Shown: piece by piece, positions 1 through 8,858 of the stretch
How the letters are laid out: every line of letters begins with the position of its first letter
Position numbering within the stretch: position 1 is the stretch's first letter
Source of the DNA: Candidatus Tritonobacter lacicola
GTDB lineage: Bacteria; Auribacterota; Tritonobacteria; Tritonobacterales; Tritonobacteraceae
Length of the DNA: 64,000 nt
Direction: 5' to 3'
NCBI GenBank assembly: GCA_030765135.1
Contig: JAVCDC010000009.1
Coordinates: 5,682 to 69,681 of the forward strand
The notes under the pieces: generated by a model
What the model was told of the DNA's origin: nothing
Database searches by the model: none
What the model saw: the letters and a program-made list of their open reading frames with translations, nothing else
Made by a program: the position numbers and the translations under genes

Positions 1-431
1 CTCCGGCCCTTTTTCTCCCGAGAAGATCTCGACATCGCCCGGACCAGCAGTGCTCACAGCCCGGCTCTCCACACTGATTGCAGTACTGTCCAGCTTTCTC
101 AAATCCTCCCTGGAGAGCTCCTGGCCGCTGGCGAGTTTCTTAACAAGGAAAGAGGCGTCGCTAGAGGAGCTGGGCGAGGGTGTAGGCACCTGGCCGAGGC
201 AAGGGGCCATCGCAAGGAAGAGCACCAAACCAGGGATAACGATAGACCTCATGATCTCCCCTCCTTTCATTCTCCCGATAAATGTCGCATATCCCGGGAG
301 GGGAGTTGTCACTGAAATGTAAAAGGATAGTAAAAAAATCCGGACAGTCTTAAGCGGTATAGAAGAAATACGCTCAGGCACTTACGTGTGGTCCACCGCG
401 CACCTGAGCTGTTACCAACCTGTCCGGAATT

Positions 432-1079
432 TTATTTAACGCCTACGGGCATGAGGTAGAGCGGGACTTCCTCTATGCCGAGGATCTTCTTAACAGCGTC
501 GTCGGAAAAGGCTCCAACGGCAACGGTCCCGAGGCCCAGCGCCGTCGCCTGGAGGTATATGTTCTCTCCCGCGTGCCCCACCTCGATATCGACGTACCGC
601 ACGCCCCTTTTACCGTACACCCTCGTCGTCCTCTCGTAACGCGCTGCAAGAACTATTGTTGCCGGGGCGGCGGCGACCCAACCCTGACCGTACGAGGCTC
701 TTGCCAGTCCGGGGCGTACGTCCCTGCCCGAGACCATCCGGAGGGCGTGCCTTTCAGGGATGTATTGATATACGCCCGGGGCAAGCCCCTCGACCTCTCC
801 GGCAACAAGGTAAGCTGTCAGTGGATAGGTAGCGCCGGCCGATGGTGCGGACCTGAACCCCCTTTTCTTTTCGGTTATACCCTGGGCGGCCCAGAGGAGC
901 TGTGAGACCTGATTGAGGGTCAGCCCGGTTTTTTTATAGGAGCGGATCGACCTCCGGTTTGAGATAGCCTCCTCGACCGACATCACGCCCTTTATCAGGG
1001 GTTCCGGCAACTTTATAAGATCGTTTGCACTGCTCATGCCCGACACCAGGAAAGCGACAACACAAAGTACTGTCTTCAT
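432..1079 (-). CDS. nitroreductase-family protein with N-terminal signal peptide
   Basis: ORF 432..1106. Probable start at the internal Met (MKTVLCVVAFLVSGMSSA, signal-peptide-like). Nitroreductase-fold hallmarks: EEAISNRRSIRSY (FMN-binding R-S-x-R), later ...TYPLTAYLV... and C-terminal LYLMPVG. Confidence 0.7.
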   Translation of the reverse strand: MKTVLCVVAFLVSGMSSANDLIKLPEPLIKGVMSVEEAISNRRSIRSYKKTGLTLNQVSQLLWAAQGITEKKRGFRSAPSAGATYPLTAYLVAGEVEGLAPGVYQYIPERHALRMVSGRDVRPGLARASYGQGWVAAAPATIVLAARYERTTRVYGKRGVRYVDIEVGHAGENIYLQATALGLGTVAVGAFSDDAVKKILGIEEVPLYLMPVGVK

Positions 1080-1153
1080 TATATATTGTCTCTGCCTGAT
1101 AAGCATATCTTACCCGGGATGTACTCGTTCTTGCAGTATTATTGCCGGCTTGA

Positions 1154-2458
1154 TTACTTTGATTCTTCAGCCTTCCGCTTATTCTCAAGTTTCCGAAGCT
1201 GTTCAAATCTCTGTCTCGCAATCTTATCTGCCCTGCGCTTTTTCTCCAGGATCTCCCGCTCTTTCTCCCTCTCCTCCTCCTCTCTCTTGATTCTATCCAG
1301 ATTCGATTTTTCCGTCTTTATCCGCCGCACCTTGAGCTCCAGTTCCCGCTCGACCAAGCGGATGTCTTCGGAGATGACTGCGTTTATGTATATGACGCTG
1401 GTGTCCAGGTCGCCGGCCTTATAGTAAAGGACTGCTATCCTGCACCGCACCCTCTGGGCCGTGATCAGCGGGGCCGTGCTCAGGGCTTCGTTGTAGTATT
1501 CGATGGCCGCCTTGGGCTTCTTCAGAAAGAACTCGTAGAGTACGGCTAGACGGTACGGCGGGATGTAGCTTTGGAGGAAGTCCTTCTCTGCCTGGAGATA
1601 TATCTTCGCCGCTTTCGAGAAGTCACCGTTTCTCGTAAGCTCCTCTCCTTCGGAGAGATAGTCTTTCAGCTTCCGGGAGATGTCCCTCTCCTGGAAGTAA
1701 TCGCTCGATTCGCGGAGGAGCTCCAGCTCGTAGTTCGCCATCTTCCTGTCCGGTTCTCCCAGATCCTTTGTCCTCACGTATGTTTGCCATAGCTTGATTG
1801 CCTCGTCTGTCTGACCCATCTTCGCATAGCATTCGGCCAGCTCGCGGTGAACGGCGAGGTCGGCCACGTACCGGGCCGAAGACACCGCGTACTCGTAGTG
1901 GCGTGTAGCTTCCTCAAGCCGGGGGAGCGACTTTTCAATGGAGGCGAGCTTCCCGCATACGGATGCCATCCGCAGCTGAACACGGGGGTTATCCGGTTCA
2001 AGGATAAGGGCCTTGTGGAACATCTCCCTGGCTCCCTCGATATCCCCCCGCTCCGACCTTCTGAGCCCCTCGTTAACGTAGTCGGTCACGGACTGTGAGC
2101 CGAGCCTCAGCTTGCCGGCCAATGCCTTATCCTTGACAAGCGGCACACCGGAAAAATCCGAGATCGCCCTGCTGAAGCACTTGTTCGCCTCGGCCTCCCT
2201 GCCAAGCTTCTCAAAACATATCCCCTTCCTGACGAGGGACTCTCCGGCAATTTCGCTTCCCCGAAGGGGGCCGTCCGTTATCTTGCTGTAGGTCCCTATG
2301 GCGTTTTCCAGGTCGCCGAGGCCTATTTCCTGGTAGAGGCCGAGATAGAAGAGGTCGCTCCCTTCCCCCATGCCGTCGCGGGGGACTGCTTCAACCGGCC
2401 GGAAAACCGTCGCGCACGCGATCAGGATCGCCGCGCATAAAGTATATGTCCTGTTCAT
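1154..2458 (-). CDS. TPR-repeat protein, secreted, with K/E-rich coiled-coil C-terminus
   Basis: Signal-peptide-like N-terminus (MNRTYTLCAAILIACATVF). Repeated A/Y/L-rich 34-aa TPR-like units (AxxYY..A......A). C-terminal ~60 aa are extremely K/E/R-rich (EKEREILEKKRRADKIARQRFEQLRKLENKRKAEESK). Confidence 0.65.
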   Translation of the reverse strand: MNRTYTLCAAILIACATVFRPVEAVPRDGMGEGSDLFYLGLYQEIGLGDLENAIGTYSKITDGPLRGSEIAGESLVRKGICFEKLGREAEANKCFSRAISDFSGVPLVKDKALAGKLRLGSQSVTDYVNEGLRRSERGDIEGAREMFHKALILEPDNPRVQLRMASVCGKLASIEKSLPRLEEATRHYEYAVSSARYVADLAVHRELAECYAKMGQTDEAIKLWQTYVRTKDLGEPDRKMANYELELLRESSDYFQERDISRKLKDYLSEGEELTRNGDFSKAAKIYLQAEKDFLQSYIPPYRLAVLYEFFLKKPKAAIEYYNEALSTAPLITAQRVRCRIAVLYYKAGDLDTSVIYINAVISEDIRLVERELELKVRRIKTEKSNLDRIKREEEEREKEREILEKKRRADKIARQRFEQLRKLENKRKAEESK

Positions 2459-3138
2459 CAGCCAACGAATTTATATCCCGCGCCGTAAACAGTGATTATA
2501 TGCGCTGGATCGTTAGGGTCCTTCTCGATTTTCTTCCTCAACTTCAGGATAAGGTTGTCCACGGTTCGTGTCGTTGGATAGACATCGAAGCCCCATATCT
2601 CGTTGAGGAGCTCCTCTCGCGTGACCACGTTGTTCCTGTGCGATATGAGGTGTTTGAGTATCTTGTTCTCGAGGGCGGTCAGCTTCGTCTTTTTCCCCCT
2701 TCTGATAACCTGGTAGCTCTCGAGGTCTATCTTGACATCTCCGAGGGAGTAATGGGTTATTTCGTCGGAGCTGATCCCGCCTCTCCTCAGGAGGGCCCTG
2801 ACCCTGGCGAGCAGCTCGCGCACGCCGAATGGCTTTGTCATATAGTCATCGGCCCCGAGCTCCAGCCCGACCACCTTGTCCACCTCCTCGCCCTTGGCGG
2901 AGAGCATGAGGATGCGGATGGAAGGCATCTTTTCCTTGATCCTGCGGCAAACGTCGTAGCCGCTGAGGTCCGGGAGCATGATGTCCAGTATAACGAGGTC
3001 GGGAACTTTTTCCACAGCCATCCGGACACCCTCCTCGCCGCTCATCGTGCAGATTGCCTCGAACCCCTGGGTCTTGAAAAAATCCTCCAGGCTGCTCAAC
3101 AACTTCTTCTCATCCTCTACGATCAGAATCCGCTCCAT
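2458..3138 (-). CDS. OmpR/PhoB-family response regulator
   Basis: Receiver motifs (ILIVEDE...DLVILDIMLPDLSGYDV...LSAKGEEVDKVVGLELGADDYMTKPF). C-terminal winged-helix (LTALENKILKHLISHRNNVVTREELLNEIWG...VDNLILKLRKKIE...YGAGYKF). Confidence 0.9.
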   Translation of the reverse strand: MERILIVEDEKKLLSSLEDFFKTQGFEAICTMSGEEGVRMAVEKVPDLVILDIMLPDLSGYDVCRRIKEKMPSIRILMLSAKGEEVDKVVGLELGADDYMTKPFGVRELLARVRALLRRGGISSDEITHYSLGDVKIDLESYQVIRRGKKTKLTALENKILKHLISHRNNVVTREELLNEIWGFDVYPTTRTVDNLILKLRKKIEKDPNDPAHIITVYGAGYKFVG

Positions 3139-3150
3139 TTCAATCCTCCA

Positions 3151-5376
3151 TTATATTTCAGGACGCCGGCGTATCGGCAGAACAATAGTGAAAACACTTC
3201 CCTCGTCTCTCCTGCTCTGTACACGAACTTCTCCGCCATGGGCCTCGGCAACGTGCTTGACAATGGCGAGGCCGATACCGGCACCCTTTCCCGAAAGCTT
3301 AGCCGTTTCCTTCGGGCGATAAAACTGATCGAAAATCCTGTCTATATCTTCCGGGGCGATCCCGATCCCCCTGTCCTTCACGCTGATTGTTATGTTGCCT
3401 TCCTTCCGGCGCAGCTCCACCCACACCGTTTTCTCCTCCCGGGAGAATTTGACGGCGTTATCCAGGAGGTTGATCAACGCCTGGCTGATCGCGTCCGCGT
3501 CTATCTCGAGGCTGGGGATGTCCTCGTCCGTCCTGTACACGATGTCGAAGCCTTCAGACCTTACATATTGGCGGAACGCCCTGACGGTATTCAATATAGT
3601 CTCCCCGATGGCTGTGGATCCGAAATTATACGTCTTTCTTGCCGCTCCAATCATGGAGAAGTCCAGGACGTTGTCGATAAGCCTTGAAAGCCTCTCGCTC
3701 TCGGACGCGATGAGCCTGAAATACTCCTGCTCCTTCTCGCGGCTGGAGACCGCGCCCATTTCGAGCATCTCGCCGACGGCCCTGATTGTCGCGAGCGGTG
3801 TCCGCAGCTCGTGGGAGACGCGGGAGACGAAATGGCTCTTGAGCCTGGCAAGCTCGGTATCCCTCTTTATCGAGCGATGGATCATATAAATGCCGAGAAA
3901 AACGACCACTGCAAGAAAAAATATAGAAGTGAGCCGCGTCATCCTTTCTTTACTGGCGACCTCGAAGAGAAGACCCTGTTTTTTATAGGAGATCCTGACT
4001 GCCCATGACGGCAAGGCGGGGGCAAGGGTTTCCGTTTTTTCGTAGCCCGAGCTTGAGGCCGCGTCGCCGGCAGCAGCCACTACATCCCCGGTGGGATCAA
4101 GCACGGTTACATTGACATCGCCTTCGGATTCGACCATCTCCTCCAGGACATCTCTGACCTCTCTACTGAGGGCGGCTTTATCAAGCACAACAGCGATCAC
4201 GATCCGCCTGCCCGTATCGCTCGCCGCCAGGGCACTGCAGAGGAGGAGGACCTCCTCTCCGTCAATGACTATCGATACCGGCCTGAATTCCTGCGCCGAT
4301 TTCCCATCCTCTCCCAGCAGCCTCTGGAAATCAAAGCGGGCGGCTGCCCCGAGGGCCCCCATTTCCTGCGCCGATCTCTTCCTGTCCAGCCACAGCCCCA
4401 GGAGGTCCTCGTACTCCGGCCCGTATCGCCGGAGAAGCCTCTCGGAGCCCAGCAGCTTGTCCATCTCCCCATCTACCATCGAGGCGTAAAAGACGGCTTC
4501 GTGGACGTTGCCGGCAAGCTCTCCGCCGGCAAGAGCTCTCATGATATCCAGAAGGCGCTCGGCCGCGCTGCTCTCGTATCCCAGTATCCTGTCTATAACC
4601 GCCAGCTGGTACAGCGGCAGGAGCTTGAGTGAAAGGCCGCCGCAGAAGACGATGGCTTCCCTTTTTCGCATGATTTCCCTGTAATATTTTTGCGCCTCCC
4701 TGTATTTTCCCATTTTAAAGAAGCACCGCGCGACCGCGTTATCCGCCAGGGCCCTGCACTCTGTCGCTTCGCCGATGTCGAGTGCCCGCTTGTAATCCGC
4801 GACGGCTCCCACCGGGTCGTTTGAGCCGAACTCCTTTCTGCTCCCATCCTTCATCGCCTGGAAGAATTTATCGTTCTCCCTGTCCGACGCGCTCGCTATG
4901 CCGGCAGATGGGACCTTCTCCCCCGCCGTGCCGAATGGGAATAGCGGCAGGAGACGGTGGTCCAGGATAAAAAAGCTCTTGAACACGGGGCACGCTTCAA
5001 CCGCCTCGGAGATCTCTTCCACTATCTCATTCAGGGGCTGGTCCGCGCAGATGCGTTCGTCGAGATCGGTTTCGCAGCCGGCCAGGCCTGCGGTCGCCAT
5101 TTTTTTTAAAGCAAGCCCGAACCTCTCCAGATGGCCTTCGATTTTTTTTCCAATGTCCTCCGTCTCCTTCACCACCACGGATCGTACGGTAAGGTAGGCG
5201 AGGGGTATCGTGGGTAAAAGAACGCAGAGGACGAAGAGGAGGATCAGCCGCCCCCTCCTCAGCCTGCCGAAGATCGATAAGAGTTTTTTCGATATCAACA
5301 GATCAGCTCCATATGCCGGAAATGGCCAGACCGCAGGATGGGCATTTTCCCTCTCGCATACGATTCTTTGAGACAA
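3151..5376 (-). CDS. sensor histidine kinase with large TPR-like extracytoplasmic sensor region
   Basis: TM segment near the N-terminus and a second TM (FFLAVVVFLGIYMI) before the HisKA H-box (SHELRTPLATIRAVGEML). HATPase_c N/G boxes (NLLDNAVKF...DRGIGIAPEDIDRIFDQFYR...GAGIGLAIVKHV). The ORF's annotated 5' end overlaps the next gene by 74 nt, so the true start may be further downstream (see the rejected entry at 5303..5376). Confidence 0.85.
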   Translation of the reverse strand: MSQRIVCERENAHPAVWPFPAYGADLLISKKLLSIFGRLRRGRLILLFVLCVLLPTIPLAYLTVRSVVVKETEDIGKKIEGHLERFGLALKKMATAGLAGCETDLDERICADQPLNEIVEEISEAVEACPVFKSFFILDHRLLPLFPFGTAGEKVPSAGIASASDRENDKFFQAMKDGSRKEFGSNDPVGAVADYKRALDIGEATECRALADNAVARCFFKMGKYREAQKYYREIMRKREAIVFCGGLSLKLLPLYQLAVIDRILGYESSAAERLLDIMRALAGGELAGNVHEAVFYASMVDGEMDKLLGSERLLRRYGPEYEDLLGLWLDRKRSAQEMGALGAAARFDFQRLLGEDGKSAQEFRPVSIVIDGEEVLLLCSALAASDTGRRIVIAVVLDKAALSREVRDVLEEMVESEGDVNVTVLDPTGDVVAAAGDAASSSGYEKTETLAPALPSWAVRISYKKQGLLFEVASKERMTRLTSIFFLAVVVFLGIYMIHRSIKRDTELARLKSHFVSRVSHELRTPLATIRAVGEMLEMGAVSSREKEQEYFRLIASESERLSRLIDNVLDFSMIGAARKTYNFGSTAIGETILNTVRAFRQYVRSEGFDIVYRTDEDIPSLEIDADAISQALINLLDNAVKFSREEKTVWVELRRKEGNITISVKDRGIGIAPEDIDRIFDQFYRPKETAKLSGKGAGIGLAIVKHVAEAHGGEVRVQSRRDEGSVFTIVLPIRRRPEI

Positions 5377-6427
5377 CGAAGTGAACCCTGTCGATCAGGA
5401 GAGAGCCGCACATCGGGCAGAAGGTGCTGTTGTATTTATGTCCCGGCACGTTGCCTATATAAACGTAATTGATCCCCTCATCAATGGCGATCTGCCTGGC
5501 ATCCTCCAGGACGCTGACGGGGGTGGGCGGGATATTCTTGAGCCGGTAGGCAGGATAAAACCTGTTGAAATGGAGGGGAACGTCCTCCCCCAGCTCGGCC
5601 TTTATCCATCGGCACATCTTTTTTATTTCCGCCATATCGTCATTGAGTGTGGGAATAACCAGGTTGACTATTTCGAGGTGGCGTCCGCTGCGCTTTATCG
5701 CCTCCAGGGTCTTCATGACAGGACCGAGAGAGGCGGAGGATACGGAATCGTAAAATTTTTCGGTGAACCCCTTGAGGTCCACGGTCACGGCGTCCATGTA
5801 ATCCAGAATCTCGACGAGGGGAACAGCAGAGATGGAGCCGTTCGTGTGAAAAACAGCCTTCAGGCCGCGCTCCTTGCCGAGGCGGGCAGTCTCCCTCATG
5901 TATTCATAGAAAACCGTCGGCTCGCTGTACGTGAAGGAGAGCGTCGGGCAGCCCCGTCTTTTCGCGCGCGAAACGATATCTGCCGGTTCGCAATCGTATG
6001 AATAAGTATCCTCCACCCGGCTCTGCGAAATCTGCCAGTTCTGGCAAAACCTGCAGCGGAAGTTGCAGCCGGCGGCCGCGGTACAGAATATGTCCGTGCC
6101 GGGCAGCATGTGAAATACCGGCTCCTTTTCTATCGGATCGATCTGGACGGAGCATATCCTGTTGGCGGTAAGCGCGTACAGGGTCCCGCCCATATTTCTT
6201 CTGTTCCTGCAAAACCCCTCCCCTCCGTCGGGTATAACACACCGGCGAAAGCATAGCCCGCACTCAACCGGGCCGGAGCCGAGCTTCCTGTAGTGGGATG
6301 CTTCGACGTGCCCGGCCCCGGTGGGCCTGACAAGTCTGACCCCGGCCCCTGCGGCCAGCGCCGCACAGAAGCCCCTCTTCAGGGCCTCGCGCCTGGATAT
6401 CCGATACCCGCCCCATTCATCACACAT
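5303..6427 (-). CDS. radical SAM enzyme, PFL-activase-like (AmmeMemoRadiSam-type signature) with twin-arginine-like N-terminus
   Basis: CNFRCRFCQNWQISQ (CxxxCxxC plus the QNxxIS signature of the PFL-AE-like / AmmeMemoRadiSam subgroup). Additional N-terminal CGLCFRRC and C-terminal CPMCG...CPSCG cysteine pairs. N-terminus SRREALKRGFCAALAAGAGV resembles a Tat signal. Confidence 0.8.
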   Translation of the reverse strand: MCDEWGGYRISRREALKRGFCAALAAGAGVRLVRPTGAGHVEASHYRKLGSGPVECGLCFRRCVIPDGGEGFCRNRRNMGGTLYALTANRICSVQIDPIEKEPVFHMLPGTDIFCTAAAGCNFRCRFCQNWQISQSRVEDTYSYDCEPADIVSRAKRRGCPTLSFTYSEPTVFYEYMRETARLGKERGLKAVFHTNGSISAVPLVEILDYMDAVTVDLKGFTEKFYDSVSSASLGPVMKTLEAIKRSGRHLEIVNLVIPTLNDDMAEIKKMCRWIKAELGEDVPLHFNRFYPAYRLKNIPPTPVSVLEDARQIAIDEGINYVYIGNVPGHKYNSTFCPMCGSLLIDRVHFVVSKNRMREGKCPSCGLAISGIWS

Positions 6428-6492
6428 ATAACCTCTGCCTCAACGTAGCGTTGTGCTTGCAGGCCTTGATCTGCCCTGCAAGCAAGATGAGA

Positions 6493-6705
6493 TCATAGTA
6501 CCCAGAGGATAAAACAAATCAGAAGGGCGCATGCCACAAGGAAAAACCACACACCCTTATGGAAACCGGTCCTGAGGTTCAGGGAATTGCCGCAGTATAT
6601 ACAGAGAAGGCTCTCTGCCGGCGCTTCCATCCCGCAGTGGGGACACTTCACCAGATCGCGGCTCTCGCCCATGCGAAACGTCTCCTGGATTTCCGGGGTT
6701 GGCAA
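6493..6705 (-). CDS. small zinc-ribbon membrane protein
   Basis: CPHCG...CIYCG double CxxC zinc ribbon followed by one hydrophobic helix (WFFLVACALLICFILWVL). Confidence 0.45.
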   Translation of the reverse strand: MPTPEIQETFRMGESRDLVKCPHCGMEAPAESLLCIYCGNSLNLRTGFHKGVWFFLVACALLICFILWVL

Positions 6706-6708
6706 CTG

Positions 6709-7176
6709 TCAGTGGAACTTGCCGGCGAACCGGGCGATCATGTTTGCCTCTTCATCGCTCGAGGCCATAAAATCGAACTTCGTCCTGTAGGATCCTTCGC
6801 TCTCCGGCTTCCGCACCTCGGCAATCCTGCCGTAGCAAATAAACCTCTCCGAGTCCTCGGAAAGAACAATCTCGAGCTCCACGTGGGTTCCGACGGGAAG
6901 CTCGCGGTCATATTCGAAGAGGAGCCCGCAGACCTTGACTCCCCCCTTCTTCCTGTGTTCCTTCATCTTGACATAGACGACGTAATCACTTTCGCGCCGA
7001 GAACAGAGGCGGCAGGTAATCCTTGACCAGGGAGGGGCCCTGAGGTATTTCAGGTATTTTATTTCCTTGAGTTTTCTCTCGTCCATTCGGCGCTTATCTC
7101 CCGGAGTATTTCCGCTTTTAGCAGCATCCCCATATCTTGTCGTGAAAAGTATAACAACCCGCGGAATGGTACGCAA
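6709..7176 (-). CDS. PilZ-like domain protein (degenerate motifs)
   Basis: RRMDER matches the PilZ RRxxxR motif and the size fits, but the canonical DxSxGG motif is absent (only ...VCGLLFEY...). Weak call. The 1-nt spacing to the upstream zinc-ribbon gene suggests a gene pair. Confidence 0.35.
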   Translation of the reverse strand: MRTIPRVVILFTTRYGDAAKSGNTPGDKRRMDERKLKEIKYLKYLRAPPWSRITCRLCSRRESDYVVYVKMKEHRKKGGVKVCGLLFEYDRELPVGTHVELEIVLSEDSERFICYGRIAEVRKPESEGSYRTKFDFMASSDEEANMIARFAGKFH

Positions 7177-7258
7177 GGCGGGCGATCGATTTTCCGGGGA
7201 GAAAGTTTCCGCGTTCAGGATGGGCGGAAAAGGTTGGATGCGGGCCGTGGCGGGCGGT

Positions 7259-7696
7259 TCAGGCTTCTGAGGGGTGCTCCTGGAAAACCGTGGCGAGGAG
7301 GCGAGCGTAGCAATCCCCGATGTTATTGTTTTCCATGTTTTCCTCCTTGGCCGGCAGCTCGAGCTCCCTCAGTTTATCAACATAAAACCTATAATCTATA
7401 ATGTCGATGTAGAACGGAGCTCCCGGATGATGCTCCGCAATAACATCTATCCTGTCATCATAGGTTTCCTTGTTTAGCTCGAGCCCGATGCAGCCAAGGT
7501 TCCGCAGCTTCCGCAGGTCCGATACGAGTTCGTTCGAGCCGCGCGCGAATATGCTGGAAAGCTCCTCGAAGCTGGTATTTACTATCCCCGTCCGCGGGTT
7601 GGCCTTTATAACGAGTTCGAGAAACAGGACCTCGAGATAGGGCTCGAGCGGCTCGCGCCCTTTCATCGTAAAAATTTCTTTCACCTGCTTCTTCAT
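7259..7696 (-). CDS. hypothetical protein
   Basis: 145-aa ORF with no recognisable motifs. Orientation matches its neighbours. Confidence 0.4.
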   Translation of the reverse strand: MKKQVKEIFTMKGREPLEPYLEVLFLELVIKANPRTGIVNTSFEELSSIFARGSNELVSDLRKLRNLGCIGLELNKETYDDRIDVIAEHHPGAPFYIDIIDYRFYVDKLRELELPAKEENMENNNIGDCYARLLATVFQEHPSEA

Positions 7697-7781
7697 AAGA
7701 CCGGATTCCTATTCCACTACCTCATATTAACTCAAAAGGAAAATCAGAACAACTTTTTTTATGCGAACCACGCCTGTATTT

Positions 7782-8609
7782 CTACCCTTTGACTACTTTA
7801 CCGCCTCCCGAGGCTGAACGTAATCTCTCCAGGGTTTCATTAATAATTTCTATTGAGGCTCTATCCAGCTTTCTCCTGTATGCGAGCTGGTCCCCATCGA
7901 ACATCTCATCGATCCAGGCATCGTACCCGATCTCCCGGATGCGCCCTGCGTGGAAGCCCGGTGTCTCGAACTCGAGGCCCTCCGTCTCTATATAGCCGGG
8001 CGGGAATCCGCTCATTTTGGCGAGCAGCGGCCACTCCGTATCGGTGGAGCCGAAATCATCGGAGACAGATTGCTTTAAAATGATCTCTCCAACATTCCTC
8101 CTGAAGCTCGAGCATCCCGATGCCACATCCAGCTTCCAGCCGAGCTCACGGGATATCGCCGCGTTAGTGCTCGATTCCGGCTCCCTCTGCTGTGCGGGAT
8201 GGGTCCCGAACGCCCTTTCGGTTCTCCCGATAATGAGAAAGTCATTCGCGGGTACGTCCGTCCCGAGGACGGTTATCAGCTCATCTTTGTATGAGAGGAT
8301 CCAGTGGATGAGCCTGTCGAAATCGAGGTGCAGGATGAAATCGGCCCCCTCCTGAACCGCCATGCTCACCGCGAGGCGCCTCCCCCTCCCCATCTTTTGC
8401 TCCCAGCTTGCGGGCTTCGCCACCGCAATCGCGTTCGGCAGCCTATCTATCGAGCCGATGGTCTCCCCGGCTGTCCTCTCCGTCGCGACGGCACATACGG
8501 CACTGAAGAGTGACGAGATCGCCGGACCACAACTCCGGACGAAAGGAGCCATTCGCCCTTCAGCGTCATGGAGCGTCGTTGCAAGGACTATCTTTTGCTG
8601 TGCAACCAT
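7782..8609 (-). CDS. hypothetical protein (possibly a nucleotide-sugar/glycosyl transferase-like fold)
   Basis: 275-aa ORF with same-strand neighbours and no confident motif. The D-rich stretch (ILHLDFDRL) is only suggestive. Confidence 0.4.
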   Translation of the reverse strand: MVAQQKIVLATTLHDAEGRMAPFVRSCGPAISSLFSAVCAVATERTAGETIGSIDRLPNAIAVAKPASWEQKMGRGRRLAVSMAVQEGADFILHLDFDRLIHWILSYKDELITVLGTDVPANDFLIIGRTERAFGTHPAQQREPESSTNAAISRELGWKLDVASGCSSFRRNVGEIILKQSVSDDFGSTDTEWPLLAKMSGFPPGYIETEGLEFETPGFHAGRIREIGYDAWIDEMFDGDQLAYRRKLDRASIEIINETLERLRSASGGGKVVKG

Positions 8610-8720
8610 TATTTCACTGTTAATAGAGGTGAATTTACGGCGTATTCCTCTCCCGGGAAGATAAAACCCGTATCTCGTGAACCATTAGAGAGGGGTCCTT
8701 GGACCCCTCTCTTTTATTAT

Positions 8721-8797
8721 GGGGTGAGCGACGGGATTTGAACCCGCGGCCTCCTGGGCCACAACCAGGTGCTCTAACCAGCTGAGCTACGCCCACC
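8721..8797 (-). tRNA. tRNA-His (GTG)
   Basis: Reverse complement reads GGTGGGCGTAGCTCAGCTGGTTAGAGCACCTGGTTGTGGCCCAGGAGGCCGCGGGTTCAAATCCCGTCGCTCACC(CCA). Anticodon stem CCTGG/CCAGG, loop TTGTGGC, anticodon GTG. Cloverleaf is consistent by eye. Confidence 0.85.
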
Positions 8798-8858
8798 ACA
8801 AAGATGTATAATGTAGATAGAACAGCTTCCGAAAGTTAACTTTATTTTAGGCCCTCCG

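Noticed and set aside
2446-3687. 413-aa plus-strand ORF (and similar long ORFs at 13059..13874+, 13984..14976-, 24330..25265+, 52429..53475+, 50764..51498+, 15654..16238+)
   Set aside because: All lie antisense to, or out of frame with, genes that have strong family-specific motifs. Their products are Arg/Pro/Gly-rich low-complexity sequences typical of shadow ORFs in high-GC DNA; no motifs recognised.
5303-5376. 74-nt overlap between the histidine kinase ORF and the radical SAM gene
   Set aside because: Probably a start-codon mis-assignment for the kinase (an alternative downstream or non-ATG start) rather than a genuine long overlap. Not reported as a feature.
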